From NCBI GenBank assembly GCA_001179505.1, contig CDMY01000850.1, positions 182,719 through 246,718 of the forward strand: a DNA stretch of 64,000 bases, read 5' to 3'. Shown piece after piece: positions 1 through 13,098 of this stretch (its first letter is position 1; every line of letters begins with the position of its first letter). Below the pieces are notes generated by a model. That model was not told the DNA's origin. It worked only from the letters and a program-made list of their open reading frames with translations, and did no database searches. This DNA comes from Vitrella brassicaformis CCMP3155. Lineage: Eukaryota; Protista; Chromerida. Both the position numbers and the translations under genes were made by a program.

Positions 1-65
1 ACCTGACTGATGAGGTGAGGAGACAGCGCTGGTGTGCACCGAGCGACATGTGTATCTATGTGCAG

Positions 66-1277
66 GCAAGGGCTGCCGCTGGATTGACGAAAGAGGACTT
101 GGAGGTCTTTCGACGGAATCCCCCTCGACTGTCCATCGTCGCTGCATCAAATGAATCGGACGGTAGGTATGTGGGTGACCCCAGGCAGCTCAGTTGACCA
201 CAGGCATTCCGTCTTTCTGTCTGCACAGAGAGCGAGTTCCCGTACGCCCACTCTGACGCGGATGAGGAGTACGTGCCGACCGACCCGGATATTTCGCCCA
301 AGTCGCGGTACCTACCTGTGGACACCAACGTAGCCACGAGCCTGGGAGTGCACCACGCACGACCTGACGAAGCCAGAGCCGGCGTGAGCAAAGCACTGCC
401 TGCAGCAGGACGTCTTAGCCAGCGTGTGTTGGCTACTCTCTCCATGTATGGGATGGGTGGTATGGTATGGTATTCTGTTGGTTGGTTTGCAGAAGCGTTC
501 GTCTGCCATCCGGCGTGAGAAGGTTAAGTCCGTGGCCAAGAACCTACAAGGTAGAGAACCTGACAAATAATGCCACACCCGCTGTGTCTGTCTACCTTGA
601 TGCACCCCTCCCATGCAGGCTACCTGGAGAAGCCTCGCGCGCAGAAGTCGATGCCACTCAACCTGGGCTGGATGACGCGTAAGTTGCAAACAGGGGACAT
701 CTGTCGGCGTTCAGCCCACCTTGCTCTATGCCCTTCCTGTCTGTTTTCGTTGGGCAGAGTCGCTTCCGTGTGCGCGTCGTTTCTACCATGTGACGCCTGA
801 TGGTCATCTGTTGACGTGGTACAACTCACATCAGGCCGCCACTGAGGGCAAGAAGGACCCCAATGGCGCCATTCCACTCTCATCGGTGAGCTATCGAGCC
901 AACGAGCCAACGAACGAGAGAGACAGAGGCAGCCGAGCAAGAGAGCCATGGAGACATGGGGCGGAAGGATTGTGGGCTGTTTAAATGAGTGTGTCATGCA
1001 GGTGTTGGCGGTTCGCGTGACGGGCTCTCACGACAATCACTTCAAGATATTCTGCAGACTCGGCACAGAAGAGACGTGGGCGAATGCCAAGAAGCATTCC
1101 CTCAGCTCTCTCTGCTCGATTTGGGGGGGCAGGTTTGCGATATGAGTATGTCGTGTCTCTGTGTGTCTACACTTCAGGGCGAAGGTGTACAAGTGCGACA
1201 CGGACGGTGAGCGTCAGATGTGGGTCAACGGCCTGAATGAACTCATACAGCTGCACAAAGACCAGGGGACCGCATAA
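66..1277 (+). CDS. PH-domain protein, 3' part (multi-exon, 5' end outside the window)
   Basis: Spliced exons give GYLEKPRAQKS...RRFYHVTPDGHLLTWY...DPNGAIPLSS...VYKCDTDGERQMWVNGLNELI, a PH pattern with the C-terminal helix Trp; TAA at 1275-1277. Confidence 0.75.
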
Positions 1278-1702
1278 CGACAGACACGAGCTGGTGCTGA
1301 TCTAGATAAGAGGTTGGCTGTGCTGGCTGATTGCAGCAAAAGGATATGTAGGACATTCATAATAATTCCGTATGTGTGTGTGTGGAGTGGAGTGGACCCT
1401 GCAAAGTGTCCTTTGGATTTGATTCATTCATCCAATGCCCATGGCACACATGGCGGCATGGCCGGATCCAGGGCAAGCGTCAAGGCTGACAAATAGTCCC
1501 ACACTCATGGCACAACACCTAGGCACACACCAGTATGCACACGCACAGCCCCTCCCCCCACTCCCCCATTCTCTACAGCTAATACACAAAGGCAACACCA
1601 CTAACACGAGGTGTGGAAAACTGATCCAGGCATCGCATCATGGACGCGATGCCTGGCCTGCCTCTCCCTCTTATCATGTCTGTCACTCCTCAAGTACATA
1701 AG

Positions 1703-3649
1703 TCAGTGGGTGTGCCTGTGTGTCCTGTGCGGCCGTGCGTCTGCCTTTGCCTTGCGTGTCTTGGTGTCCTCCGTGTAGGCCGTATCGACGGCGAAGAAAG
1801 CGAAAGGGTCCAGGAAGGCAGCTGTCATGTCGGCCTCTGGGTCAGGCTGCACACACCCATGCAAGATGATGAATGACGTGTCTTTGTTGTGTGTATATGG
1901 GCTGGGCTTACGAAGTCGTCATTGTCAGTGTCCATCAGCCGTTGGTACTCTTCCGGCACGCTGCCCTCGGTGATCATGGCCTCCTCATCGACGTCATCGA
2001 GTGCATCCTCCAGCTGCATCAGCAGCACCGCCTCACTCGGACTCTCGCCTGGCGCATGATGAGACTCGACGGAAGGCGGCATGCTCCCCGTCTCCAGGAA
2101 ATATGCCACACTCTCGTGACCCTGCACACACGACACCACACAACGCATAAAGACTGACATGGATGATGTGTGTCTGAGCGAGTGGGGGAGTGGACACTGA
2201 CCTTCCGCATGGCAGAGTCGAGTGCAGTTTCGTTGCGGAGGCCCCTCACCTCAATCAGCGCCTCACCTCCCGCCTCAATCAGCCTCGCACAGATGGCCAG
2301 GTGGTTCTTGGATGCCGCGTTGTGCAACGGGGTCTCACCAAGGGCATCCAGTGCCCATACGCTTCCCCTATCACACTGAAGGAGGGAGGGGACTTGTGGA
2401 TGTGGTGGGTCATGTGTGTCTATCTCACCCACCTCCACAAGAGCATCTGCAACCTCGGCATTCCCACAGGCAGCAGCCACGTGTAGGGGGGTCGACCAGC
2501 CGTGACGATAGTCACCAATCCTCGACCGACAGTCGAGAGATGCCCCTGCCATCGGACGCTTCACACCTCCAGCCAGAGCTTCACACCTGTTCAAACAGAC
2601 AGGAGTGCGCCGGTGTCTGCTGCAGCTACCTGGATGTATTTGTTGGCCTGCATCGATTCAATCACCTTGCGATTATCTGGATGATCTCCCGGCGACCCTT
2701 GGGTGTAGCTGCAGAGTGCAGGAGAGACCAGCCTGCATTGTCCCGTGTGTGGATGTCAGCGCCAGCCTCTATGAGCAAACTGACACCAGCTGTCGACCCC
2801 TCCTCAACAGCAGCCTGACACACAGCAACGACAGTGCCACCTATGGATCGCCTGCGTCTGCGATCACGTCTTTCCTTCCTCCCCACCTGCAGCGGTGTCT
2901 TGCCCTTCTTGTCTCTCGACTCCAGATCAGCGCCCCTCCGTATTAACAGATCCACCACCTTCCGGCCCCTCCTCCCTGCTCGAGCAGCGAGATGCAAGCA
3001 ACTCTCGCCAGCCGCATTGCGCAGATTCGTCAGCGCAGGTAACCCAGAGCTCGACTGGCTTCCTTCTGTGTTGTCCAAGAGCCATTCAACAGTCTCCAGA
3101 TGGCCCTTGGCGCAGGCAAGGTGCAGTGGTGTGTTGAGGCTCTTGTCACGCGCGAAGACGCCCGTTTGTCGCGACAGCAGCTGAGTGAGGTCGGTGCCGG
3201 TCTCCCCCCTTGCTGCCATTTCTTGCCACGCTGCATCGGTCCTCTCCTCGATGTCAATCTTGCTGATGTGGTCAGTCAGGGCAACACAGATCTTGGTGTG
3301 GCCATGAAGAGCCGCCAGGTGGAGAGGCGTCGACCCTGACGCGTCGGTGAGGATGGGATCGGCATTGTGGTCGAGAAGGAACCGCACCACCTCGAGAAGG
3401 CCTCGCTCACTCGCCTTGTGGAGGGCCGTCTGTCCCGTGGAATCCGTGTCGTCGATGGTCACAGTGATGTCGTCGCGTAGCAGCAGCCGGCCGACATTGA
3501 CAAATTCGTGTGCCAGGGCATACCGCTGGATGGCGGGCAGCTCTGTAGCGTCAGCGGCCTGACGTGTCCTTATCCACTCTGATAACCTGAGCAGCCACAC
3601 AGCAGCATCAAATAGCGCCACACACATTAAACAGGAACACACGCCCTGT

Positions 3650-3687
<38 letters not shown>

Positions 3688-4096
3688 TTCCTGACCGGTC
3701 TGCCACTGCCCGTGCCAGCGTTGGATCCATTGCAGCCACACGAGCGGGGTCCAGCTGCAGTTGATGGATAAGTGACGCCACCTTCCTCGCCTCGTCTGTC
3801 GTCATTGCGGCCCCATGCGAGATGTGGAAGCCTCCCTGGTGCTCAAGATACTCCCTGATCCGGCTGTGGGTATGGGGAGGCGCATGGGCATGCGCTGCTG
3901 CGACCACCCGGATAGTGCGGACGCTCTTGCGGCGCCGTGTTGCGGGTGCATGAGGCGGTAGGAAGGCATGAGAGCTGCGGGAAGGCCCGAGGGCGTGCCG
4001 TTTTGTCCTGCTGATGAGTGCCATCTGGACCGCGCCGAAGCAGCTGGCAGCATAGAAGAGAGGGAAGATCAGCGTCAGACAACAGCGGATCTCCAT
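1703..4096 (-). CDS. Ankyrin-repeat protein with signal peptide plus Ser/Arg-rich transit-like leader
   Basis: Repeated ankyrin motifs (GQTALHKA, GSTPLHLAA, NTPLHLAC, STPLHVAA, GETPLHNAA) across GT-AG exons; N-terminus MEIRCCLTLIFPLFYAASCFG then basic/hydroxylated stretch; last exon ends TGA at 1703-1705. Confidence 0.85.
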
Positions 4097-4160
4097 ATAT
4101 CCATGAAGGAATCAACGAACAGAGAACAGACGCAGCAGATAAGCCAATGGGCGGTTTGGT

Positions 4161-4168
4161 TGCGAGCT
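4161..4168 (+). promoter_or_regulatory. TGCGAGCT motif in ankyrin/FkbM divergent spacer
   Basis: Exact octamer recurring in head-to-head spacers. Confidence 0.5.
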
Positions 4169-4262
4169 CCTGTGCGATCCAAATTCTTCCGCCGGTTGCC
4201 GCTATTTCCCATTGTGAAACGATGCAGCAGCCTTCAGCAGTGTAGATCTGGCAGTGGTAGTG

Positions 4263-5513
4263 ATGAATCTATCGTTTGCAATGAGTTTGTGGCTTTCAAC
4301 TGGATTGCCGCTCTTCAACCATCTCGTGCGGTGCAGCTGCCAGTCATCCCCCTTGTTTGAGGCGACCATCCCTGCATGGCTCCGCTCGCGGGACTGGAAA
4401 CTCGAACAGGACCCTACCTTCCTCACACAAGCACCCCCAGCCTCCCTCTGCCAAGAGGACAACAACCGCACTTGTGCAGCCCCTCCCACTGACCCGGATC
4501 GCCGCCACCTTCGCTCAATCGCCTACCCTCTCTTCAGCACCAACCTCCATCTCGGGGGCGAGGACATTTTCGTCTTCGAGCATTTCTTCTACGGCATGAC
4601 AGGCGGGCTCTTTCTCGAGGCGGGGGCAGCGGATGGCTTCCGCGAATCCAGCACCATGCTGCTGGAGAGGTATGCCGGTTGGCGGGGCATACACATCGAA
4701 GGGTCGCCCATCAACTACCGACTCCTGATCAACAACCGGCCTGATACCCTCAATCTCAATGCGGTGTTGTGCTCAGAGAGGGCAGGGGAAGACAACGACG
4801 GCGTCGTGACGTTTAAGGCGCAGGAGCTAATTGGAGGGATCGTCCGCTTTATGGAGCCGGGCAAGGTCCAGGGCCTCGATGTCCGCAATGTGACTGTAGA
4901 TGGCAATGGGACTGTGCGCGTGGACCCCAATGTGACCGACCTGCCGGCAGCTGGGATTGCGAACCTCCCCTGCCTGTCGCTGAGGCGCGTCTTGCGTCGA
5001 TTCGGCATCCGGCACATCAACTTTATGATGGTCGACATTGAGGGCGCCGAGTGGCCGGTGCTAGAGGCTTTCAACTTCTCAGATGTCACTGTTGATGTGC
5101 TCGCCATCGAGACGAACGCACGGGAGGCGGGCACAGGGAAAGCCGACCTCTTCCAGGCCCACCTGTCGCAGTATGGCTATCGAATGACATACCCCATCCA
5201 CGGGTACCTGGGGCTCAACACGTATTTCCTGCGCGAGGGCTTCGTGCCTTCCACCAGGCCAGGTGCGGGCAGACAAGCTGACAACCGATACAGAGAGGTA
5301 CTGCTGAAGGGAGCGCCAGAGTGTTGGAGGAACGCTGTGCTGGTGGATCACGATGATGGGGACAGGATCGTGATGATGGTGACGCCGGAGCGGTGCTGTT
5401 CGTATGCGGGGTGGGTGAGTGTGTGTTTCGCTGAGGCTTTCACGTATAGGAAGTGCTGCCTACAGCCGATGGGGCTGGACATGCAAGGGGATGGACTGGT
5501 GACATTCGTTTGA
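4263..5513 (+). CDS. FkbM-family SAM methyltransferase, single exon
   Basis: GLFLEAGAADG SAM motif, GWRGIHIE, INFMMVDIEGAEWPVL, VDVLAIE; uninterrupted ORF, first ATG at 4263. Confidence 0.85.
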   Translation: MNLSFAMSLWLSTGLPLFNHLVRCSCQSSPLFEATIPAWLRSRDWKLEQDPTFLTQAPPASLCQEDNNRTCAAPPTDPDRRHLRSIAYPLFSTNLHLGGEDIFVFEHFFYGMTGGLFLEAGAADGFRESSTMLLERYAGWRGIHIEGSPINYRLLINNRPDTLNLNAVLCSERAGEDNDGVVTFKAQELIGGIVRFMEPGKVQGLDVRNVTVDGNGTVRVDPNVTDLPAAGIANLPCLSLRRVLRRFGIRHINFMMVDIEGAEWPVLEAFNFSDVTVDVLAIETNAREAGTGKADLFQAHLSQYGYRMTYPIHGYLGLNTYFLREGFVPSTRPGAGRQADNRYREVLLKGAPECWRNAVLVDHDDGDRIVMMVTPERCCSYAGWVSVCFAEAFTYRKCCLQPMGLDMQGDGLVTFV

Positions 5514-5635
5514 ACACATGAACACATGACCGACCGACCGAGCAATGATCTGTGCAACATGCGATTCATCTCATTCGCACACACATGTGCACAACACGCA
5601 AACAGTCCACTGTCCGTTCGTCTGGGCCTGTTCGT

Positions 5636-8600
5636 TCAAAGCACCCAGTCTTGCCCTCGCAGGAAGGGGTCCACGTCAGCATCCATGTCGTCAGCCCCAC
5701 CGTCTGCTCCAATACCACCACCACTACCACCAGCAGCAGCGTCCCCCCCGAGTTCTTCACCAAACGCCTCCTCACCCTCCATGGCGGGATGCGCCTCCTC
5801 AGGGGCGCCTGGCATCTCGGCTTGCTGGTCCGTGCCACCCTCCTGATCAATTTGCATGTCTCCGTGTTCACGCTCCTGTGGCGATGGGTCCACGTCCATG
5901 TCAGGGGAGTCGCTGTCGTGTTGGGGTGCAGGGTTGGCTGCTGGCGGGGGTTGGGGCGCGGGGGATGGATGGATGTTGTTGTGTGGTTGTTGGTCGTTGT
6001 CTTGGTCGAGGGGGATGGTGGCCTGGGAGGCGCTGTCGGCGTCATTGTTGTCGTTGTCGGGTGCTGGGAGGGTTAGGGGGTCGAAGGCCTCCATGCTGCC
6101 CCAACTGACACAGACAAATCGATGAAGGAAGGAAACGAGTGAGCGCTTGTCTGTCTGTCTGTCTGTCTGTGTGTCTGTCTGTCTGTCTGTCTGTGTGTGA
6201 GTAGGGTGGATGTGATGTGCACCTGATGCCCTTTTTTGCGGTGAGCATGAGTGGCACGGCAAGGTCCAGCTGATCGGCAGGCGTCTCACACATCGACTGC
6301 ACACACAAATCCATACCACACCATTCAGCCGTCTTGGTCTCTACTGTGCGGTGGCACACCTCTCTCAGCAGTCGACACAGCTGTTTGACATCATCGTTGC
6401 CACACTCGAACACTAACTCGTCTGCACAAAGATACAGAGAGACATACAAGGAGGAAACACCTGTACACACACGTGCGCTCCGCTTCCCCTGCCCGTCCAC
6501 CATGCAGACCGTGTATGGTGAGCAGCAGTGATGGGTGTGGGTGGTTCTTCCACGTTCGCTTGGCCAGGTTCTCACGCACAGCCAGCATTGCGATCTTGAG
6601 CAAATCAGCAGCCGATCCTTGAATGACGGCATTGACGGCCTTCGTGTGGACGTCCCGCCCACCCGCACCACCCCCAACACGACGACGACGACCTACTCCA
6701 CACACACACTCACAATGATGCACGGTGGATGGATGGATGGAGGGAGGGAGGAGGGAACGATGCGTCCACACCGGTGATGGTGGTGACGAATCCGCGTATC
6801 TGTGCGTTGTGCTGCGTTCTGTCCATGAACGTCTTGGCCTGACATTTGTCATGAACACAGGCCGCTCGTCGTTCGGTCCGCATCCCACGTACCTCCGGGA
6901 ACTGTCGTAGGAACTGCTGCTTGAGCGTTTGGGCCTCAGCCACCGTGGCGTCAATCTGCTTGGCCAGCGCCTCGTTGCCCGTCCCGTAGATGAGCGACAG
7001 ATAGGCCCTCTTGAACTGAACAAACCAATAAAACACACGACGAGTGCACCAATGTACATGTGTCTTGTGCATTCCCATTGGAATACATCCACCTTGTTGC
7101 GCTGCTCCTTTGACACGGCACTCGACGCACGGCCTGCGCGAATGCAGGGAGGGAGGGAGGAACACATGTGTGTGGAATTTTATGCGGCCGGCGTGTCTTG
7201 TGGCGATACTCACGGTAGTGTCTGGCGGCCATTTCTGTGTAGATGTCCACGTCATTGGGGCCGCGCCAACCGCTGTCACTCTGGCTGAAGGGAAAGAAGT
7301 ACATGACATGCATGCGTCAGACATTCGCGTCTTTGTGTGCCTCTTGTTCCGCTGACTTGAGTATCTGCTGCAGTCCCCCATCGCCGCAGAAATGAGCAAA
7401 GATGCGCATCTCCTGCACTCACACACGACAATCGATGGCGGCAGCCGTCTTTGTGTCGCAGGGTCGTGTAAGTGTACGATCTGCGCGTAGTCGACGGACA
7501 CGAGCACGTGTGTGTCGGGTTGGGCTGTCTTAAATCCATCACGCGCCCGAACCTCACCAATACCCTCAAGCACCTGTTAGCAGACGTGCATGGAAGGAGC
7601 CGTGGGCAAAGAGGCGAGGAGACAGAGACAGGCTCTGCCTGCCCTGCCTGCCCTGCCTGTGGTTTGGGTATGTTCTGCATGTTGAGTGTGGCGCACGATA
7701 AGCGACCTGCATTGCGTACACACACAACGAGATTATACCATGAAGCGAAAGCGAGCCCTGTTCCTCCTTTCTCTGTGTCTGCATTGCGTACCGGTGCCGG
7801 TCTGCATTTGGTTCCATTTGCTGAAGCAGCGAGGTTTGCTGGACTCGTGCCACCGCCGACCACTGCCCATCTCGGCCCCCTCGTCCAGATCAAGCTGCAC
7901 ACGTGGCGACACGGCAAACGACATGCGCGGTTTATGTGAGTGGATTGCATGTGTTTGTTTGTGCTCACGGTGTATTGGGGGATGGACTTGATCTCCTTGC
8001 TCATGAATCCGGACAGTGAACGGTGATGCTGCAGACCATACATAACGATACGTTGCGGTGTGTGTGCGTGTCAATGTGCGTGTGTATGTGTGTTTCTTAC
8101 GAGTATCATCTGCACAACCGCCCGCACATTCGGGTCGCGGCTCTCCCGCAGAATGCGACTCAACGCCTCCTGATCTGCACAATGATACAGAGACAGACAG
8201 AGAGAGAGAGGGAGAGACAACATGAATGTTGTGAAGGCACCTGCCTCTCTCTCTCGGTCTGCGCGTCTTCTCATTCATGTCTCAGGCAAGGCCGTCTACC
8301 GGTAGATCTCTGGTCAGTTTTCTTCTTTCGTTCGACGGAGAGGTTGTCGGGGTAGGAGACCTTCATGTCGTCGTACAGCACCTCCGCAACCTGCACACAC
8401 ATCCACCAAGACCAACCCATGGATGAACCTGCCGGGTGATGTGCCTCGATGAGTGAGAGTGACCTGCTGAGGTGATGCGAGGTTGAATGTCTTGCCGGCG
8501 GCCTGTCTGGCCTTTTCCCTGATGTCGTCGATAGCCGACTCCACCGAGTCGTGCAAAGAGGTAAAGAACTCGCTCTCGCAACAGATGCCTGATCAACCAT

Positions 8601-11313
8601 GGACCGGAGAATGGGTGCGGTGCATCTGTATGTGTGTATGGCGTGTGATACCCCACCGGTGACGTCCAGTTCGGCGAGAAGGACGGCCGTGGGGGTCTCC
8701 TGCTGGATGAAGGCGCTGCACAAGTAGACAAGGAGACGTCTCACAAATGTGTCGGTGTGGTTTCCCGCTGTGTGGGATTGAGCGGCTCTCACTGACTGAC
8801 TCGAGGAACATCTGCTGGTCGTCCTGCGTGCAGAAGCGCCGCTCGATGTCCCGCTGGAACATGCGAGTCCACTCAGCGCGGATAGCGACTGACAGACACT
8901 CTGACAACACCGCATCCTGACACACATCGATGTCCAGACATCACACACAAGGACAGGCAGACACAGACATACATACGTCTCTTCATACCATGGCTGCATA
9001 AGCCCATTCCTTCATGTCCAAGTGAGGCTGGGCCGCCGCCTGCTGCATGAGTGCGCTGAGCCCTCTGCCGCCACCTCGCCCTCGCCCCTGCTGCTGCTGG
9101 TTGAGTGAGAAGGGCAGCACAGGAGCCCCTCCCTGGCCCCTTCCTCGCCCTCTGCCACGACCAGCCCCCGCCGTGTCGATTGGCGACGACCTCGACCCGC
9201 CCAGATGCACGGCCAGGTCCTGATGGACATGTGTGTATGGAGACCAAGGACACAGTGATGTTTGTTGGCGTGGCGGACCTCTGCGTTGCTGAGTTGGGTC
9301 TGCAGCGACTGCTCACAATCCTGAAATGGCGGAGCAACAAACAGATAAACTTTCCGCCCTGTGTGTTTCTTGCTCCGCTCGCCTGTGTGTTGAGGAATGT
9401 CTGTCTGAGTGTGTCGATGCCCTGCCATGTTTTCCCGTCGTCGGGGTCGAGCATGAAGGCCATGATGGTGGGGTCCAGCTTGTTGATGGAGCCGAAATCC
9501 AAACCTGAGCCTACAAGCCACACACTCATCCATCCAGACATACATGTCATGTGATGTATCTCTTTGTCTGTCTGTGATGACAGTGTGTCGACCAACCGAA
9601 GGTGGGTAGTTTCTGGTAGAGACTGCGATAGGCCTGGATGAGAGATGCGGAAGGTGACAGTGGCTACGGATGACAGAGCTGCCCTCGATTACCAAACCTA
9701 CCTCCTGCAGCCCGCAAACCACCAAAGTGCTCATGCTCCCGTCATCAGACGAGCGAGGCGCCTGGACAAACAGAGCAGCCATACACTCCTTGCCCATCCT
9801 TCCCGTCTGTATGTTTCACCAGTCGTCCTCCGAAGAAGTCGCTGAGCAGCCCCCACACGTCATCGGTGAGTCTGCGCGTCAGGTTCTGCCACTGCCGGCC
9901 ATTCGACGACCAACGACCCATGCACTCCGCCTGATAATGACACGGACACGGGATTTTGCCCAATGTATGAATGCACTGCGGTGGCTGTGTGTCCTTATTA
10001 CTGCCTGTGCCATGCATGGCATGAGGATGAAGAACCGCCCCTGCCCATCCCTGTCGACGGGCGAGTTGAGGGGCGAGAGGGGCAGAGAAGAACGCAGCGT
10101 GGTGCCGTCGCCAGTGACGGAGAGCAACACAGCCACAGGGAGGGGGAACCCGTCAGCGATGGTCTTGCTGTCCTTCTGTTCACAGAGAAGGAGAAGATAG
10201 ATGCAAGGAGTGTCTCCCCTCCTTGGCCCCATGTTCCCTTGGTTGAAGCTTACGCGGATCTCCAGATTGGGTCTGACTGATGTGGTCCCATCCTCGTACA
10301 GCATCACCACACTCATGGTTGCGATGGCCACGGACGGCGGCTCCCCGTCCGTCTCACCGAACACAGCCCTCTGCATCTCCTTGAGGGCGTCAGGGCTCGA
10401 CACACAACACCAATCAGCCAAAGCTGACACAACTGACACACATACACAGATACACAGGCAGACAGAAGGGATATCAAGACGAACCATCCATCAATCCTTA
10501 GAGAGCTCACCGTCCACGAGTTTCTCAAAGGCTACAGTCCACTCAAACTGATCCCTAACCCGTCCCCTCTTGGCCCTCGAACCCCCATCCCCTCCGCCTC
10601 CCCCTCCACCCGCACGTTTGGCACCACCCTTGGCCTTCGCTTTCGGCACCACCGCAGCAGTCCCGCCGAACAGCGTCCGTTGGATCAGCTGGCCCCCCGG
10701 AGCCTTTGCTGCAGGAGCCTTCGCAGCTGGAACCTTCGCTGCTGCTGCTGCTGCTGCCTTCGGAGCTGGCCTCTGCTGTCCGCCGGCGGCAGCGAATGGT
10801 GGCCGCTGGTGAGGGGCATTGGCAAGTGGTCTGGAGATGGGGGGGCGGGGAGGAGGGCGTGCATTGGGATTGCGAGGAGGGGGGCGGGGAGGGAGAGGGC
10901 GGTTGCCAACGGGAGGGGGCGACGGCGATGGTCCACGAAGTGCCCTCTGTGCCGGAGCAGCGAATGGAGCCACTGCCGCTGGGCGGGCAGGCTGAGCGTG
11001 GCTGCTGGGCTGGAACGGGGCGGGAGGGCGGACACGTGCCTGCTGTTGCTGTAGCTGCTGCTGTTGGTTTCGCTGGTACGCTGCGAAGTTGCTCTGCCCG
11101 AGGATGGCGTCCCATCGGAGAATTCTGACACACACACACACATACGGGCATGTGCAAGAGTGAGTGCTCCCCTCCCATCCCCTCTGACCTGTTGGTGCGC
11201 TCACTCTCCCAGAACTCCATCGGATCTGGTGGTTGTAGCCCTTTGAACATCCAGCGGGTCGTGACATACCCCCCGCCGCCGCCGCCAGCAGCCTCGAACT
11301 CATTCAACTCCAT
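5636..11313 (-). CDS. Family A DNA polymerase (Pol theta/nu-like polymerase domain, no helicase or primase), many exons
   Basis: Spliced motifs FNLASPQQVAEVLY, RLSCATLNMQNIPK, motif A LVSVDYAQI, motif B RNKFKRAYLSLIYG, AVNAVIQGSAADLLKIAM, motif C LLTIHDELVFE; low-complexity N-terminus and acidic C-terminus. Confidence 0.9.
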
Positions 11314-11333
11314 GACGCACCATGTAAACGGAG

Positions 11334-11348
11334 TGCGAGCTGCGAGCT
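11334..11348 (+). promoter_or_regulatory. Two overlapping TGCGAGCT motifs in polymerase/Pro-rich gene spacer
   Basis: TGCGAGCTGCGAGCT. Confidence 0.5.
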
Positions 11349-11441
11349 GAGACCGCCTGAGAGGAAAAACTGGGGATCCCACGTGTCACCAACACAGAAG
11401 CACAGCCACACCGCAGCACGGCAAGAAGAGTGGCTTTTGCA

Positions 11442-12138
11442 ATGCCTTACTACAATCGCGGTGAGCTGGAAGACGATTTGGAAAGGCACCTTAGCCTCGT
11501 GAAGCAAAGAGAACAGAGGAAGGAAGACCCAACTCCACCAGCAACTGCATGCATAACTCCCTCTGCACCTCTGCCTGTCTCGTGTGTGTCTCCATTGTGC
11601 AGCGTACGTGTCCCCCGAGTCAACTCCCTCCACGCCAAGGCGGCCTCGTCTACCCACACCCGAGCGGAGGGCGGCGCTCATTCAGCGATACCTCGAGCTG
11701 CGCGAAGTAGCCGACGAGGACGTCGACAGAGACGAGGTCATCGCGCTCGCGCAGCAGCTTCAGGACATCGCAGTGGCAGAGGCGGCAGCCCGATTCGAGG
11801 CAGAGCTAGAGAACATCCCGCCGATCAGGCTGCCGCCCCCACGAACCCCAGAGGATGTTCCTGAAGTCCCCCGCGCCGCTCCGCCCGTCCCCGCCAGCCC
11901 GCCTCCCATCCCCTCCCCTCCGCCCAGCCCTCGATATATGCCACCAATGCCGGCCACACCTCCCCCTTCCCCGCCACCTCCCCCGCCCCCTCCCCCATCA
12001 AGGCCACTGGCTGCAAGAGTGCCTCGTGCGGCCTCCTGCATTTCGAGAAGACAGCAGCAGCACAGAGACGAGGCGGTGGCCAGGCGAAGAGACCGCGAGA
12101 GGAAGGAAAAGGAGGGCGTTGTGCGATTCCGTCTCTGA
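11442..12138 (+). CDS. Proline-rich hypothetical protein (2 exons)
   Basis: ATG 11442, GT-AG intron 11461-11602 joins in frame (MPYYNRAYVSPES...), poly-Pro region, TGA at 12136-12138. Confidence 0.6.
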
Positions 12139-13098
12139 GCCGTCACGGGGGGATGAGTTGTTGTTGCACGGGGTGGCTGCTCAGGGACGGATAGACGTGG
12201 GACGGCACGTCATCAGCAAAGGAGTCTTTCAGCTGGCTGTACGAGAACCAGGAGAAAGGACTGAAGTGGACGGCGATGGAATGGAGCGGAAAACTTCTGA
12301 TAAGAGGCGCAGGTGAAGCAGGAGAAGGCCGAAGAGTGAAGGGGCGACTCAAGCATGACCATCAAGAAGAGCCATCAAGAAGAGCCTTTTCACGACATTG
12401 CAATCGAAAAGTTGATACACACCACATCGGCCTTCCTCGACCGCCCCTCAGAGCTCTCCGTGTGTTGGGCAGTAGGGAGAGGAGGGTGTGAGAGCCGCCG
12501 CGGCATGGGAACGAGGCCAGCTGACGCTAAAAGCTTTGCCGCTGTCCAATGCCGAGTTCAATCGGACTTGGTGTCTTGTGACAATGTGGACAAAGTGGGT
12601 GGAGTGGCGAAGGTGAAGCGAGCGATACGCAAGCTGCCCGGCTGTCCATGAAGCTCATTGAGATGTGCGTGACATCTAGAGGGGCTCTGAACAAGACGGA
12701 CGACGGACTGTCAGCATGAGCACCGGTGAGTACATGAATGAGACACCAATGTGCAGAGGGAGACATCACCTGTTTCCTCTGTGTCTCTGTATTTGCAGCA
12801 AGCCGCATGAGAAGGCAGGGAGCTGAGCGCCTTCCTTCTTTCCCGTTGTGCAAGCCATTTCTTTCTGCTGCCGTTTTGGTCTCGACTACATGAAGCCCAT
12901 TGGTGACGAGACAGCGCCGCCGGCATCGATGCGGCAACGTTACCGTCAGTATCGAGAGAGACACATGTGTGGCTAGAAAGACCCGAGCGGCAGTCCATCA
13001 TCACTAACGTGTCGACCGCCCGGGAGAGCGAGAAAGGGCAAGAGGCGCCTTTCTCATCTTCCGAGCCTTCCCCAGCAACGTGTGAGAAAGCACCGGCT

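Noticed and set aside
5636-11313. Organellar Prex/POP-type replicative polymerase
   Set aside because: No primase/helicase domains and no signal or transit peptide at the inferred start
12143-13090. Short ORFs and a 13-bp tandem repeat between the Pro-rich gene and the GH10 pseudogene
   Set aside because: No recognisable motif or consistent exon chain
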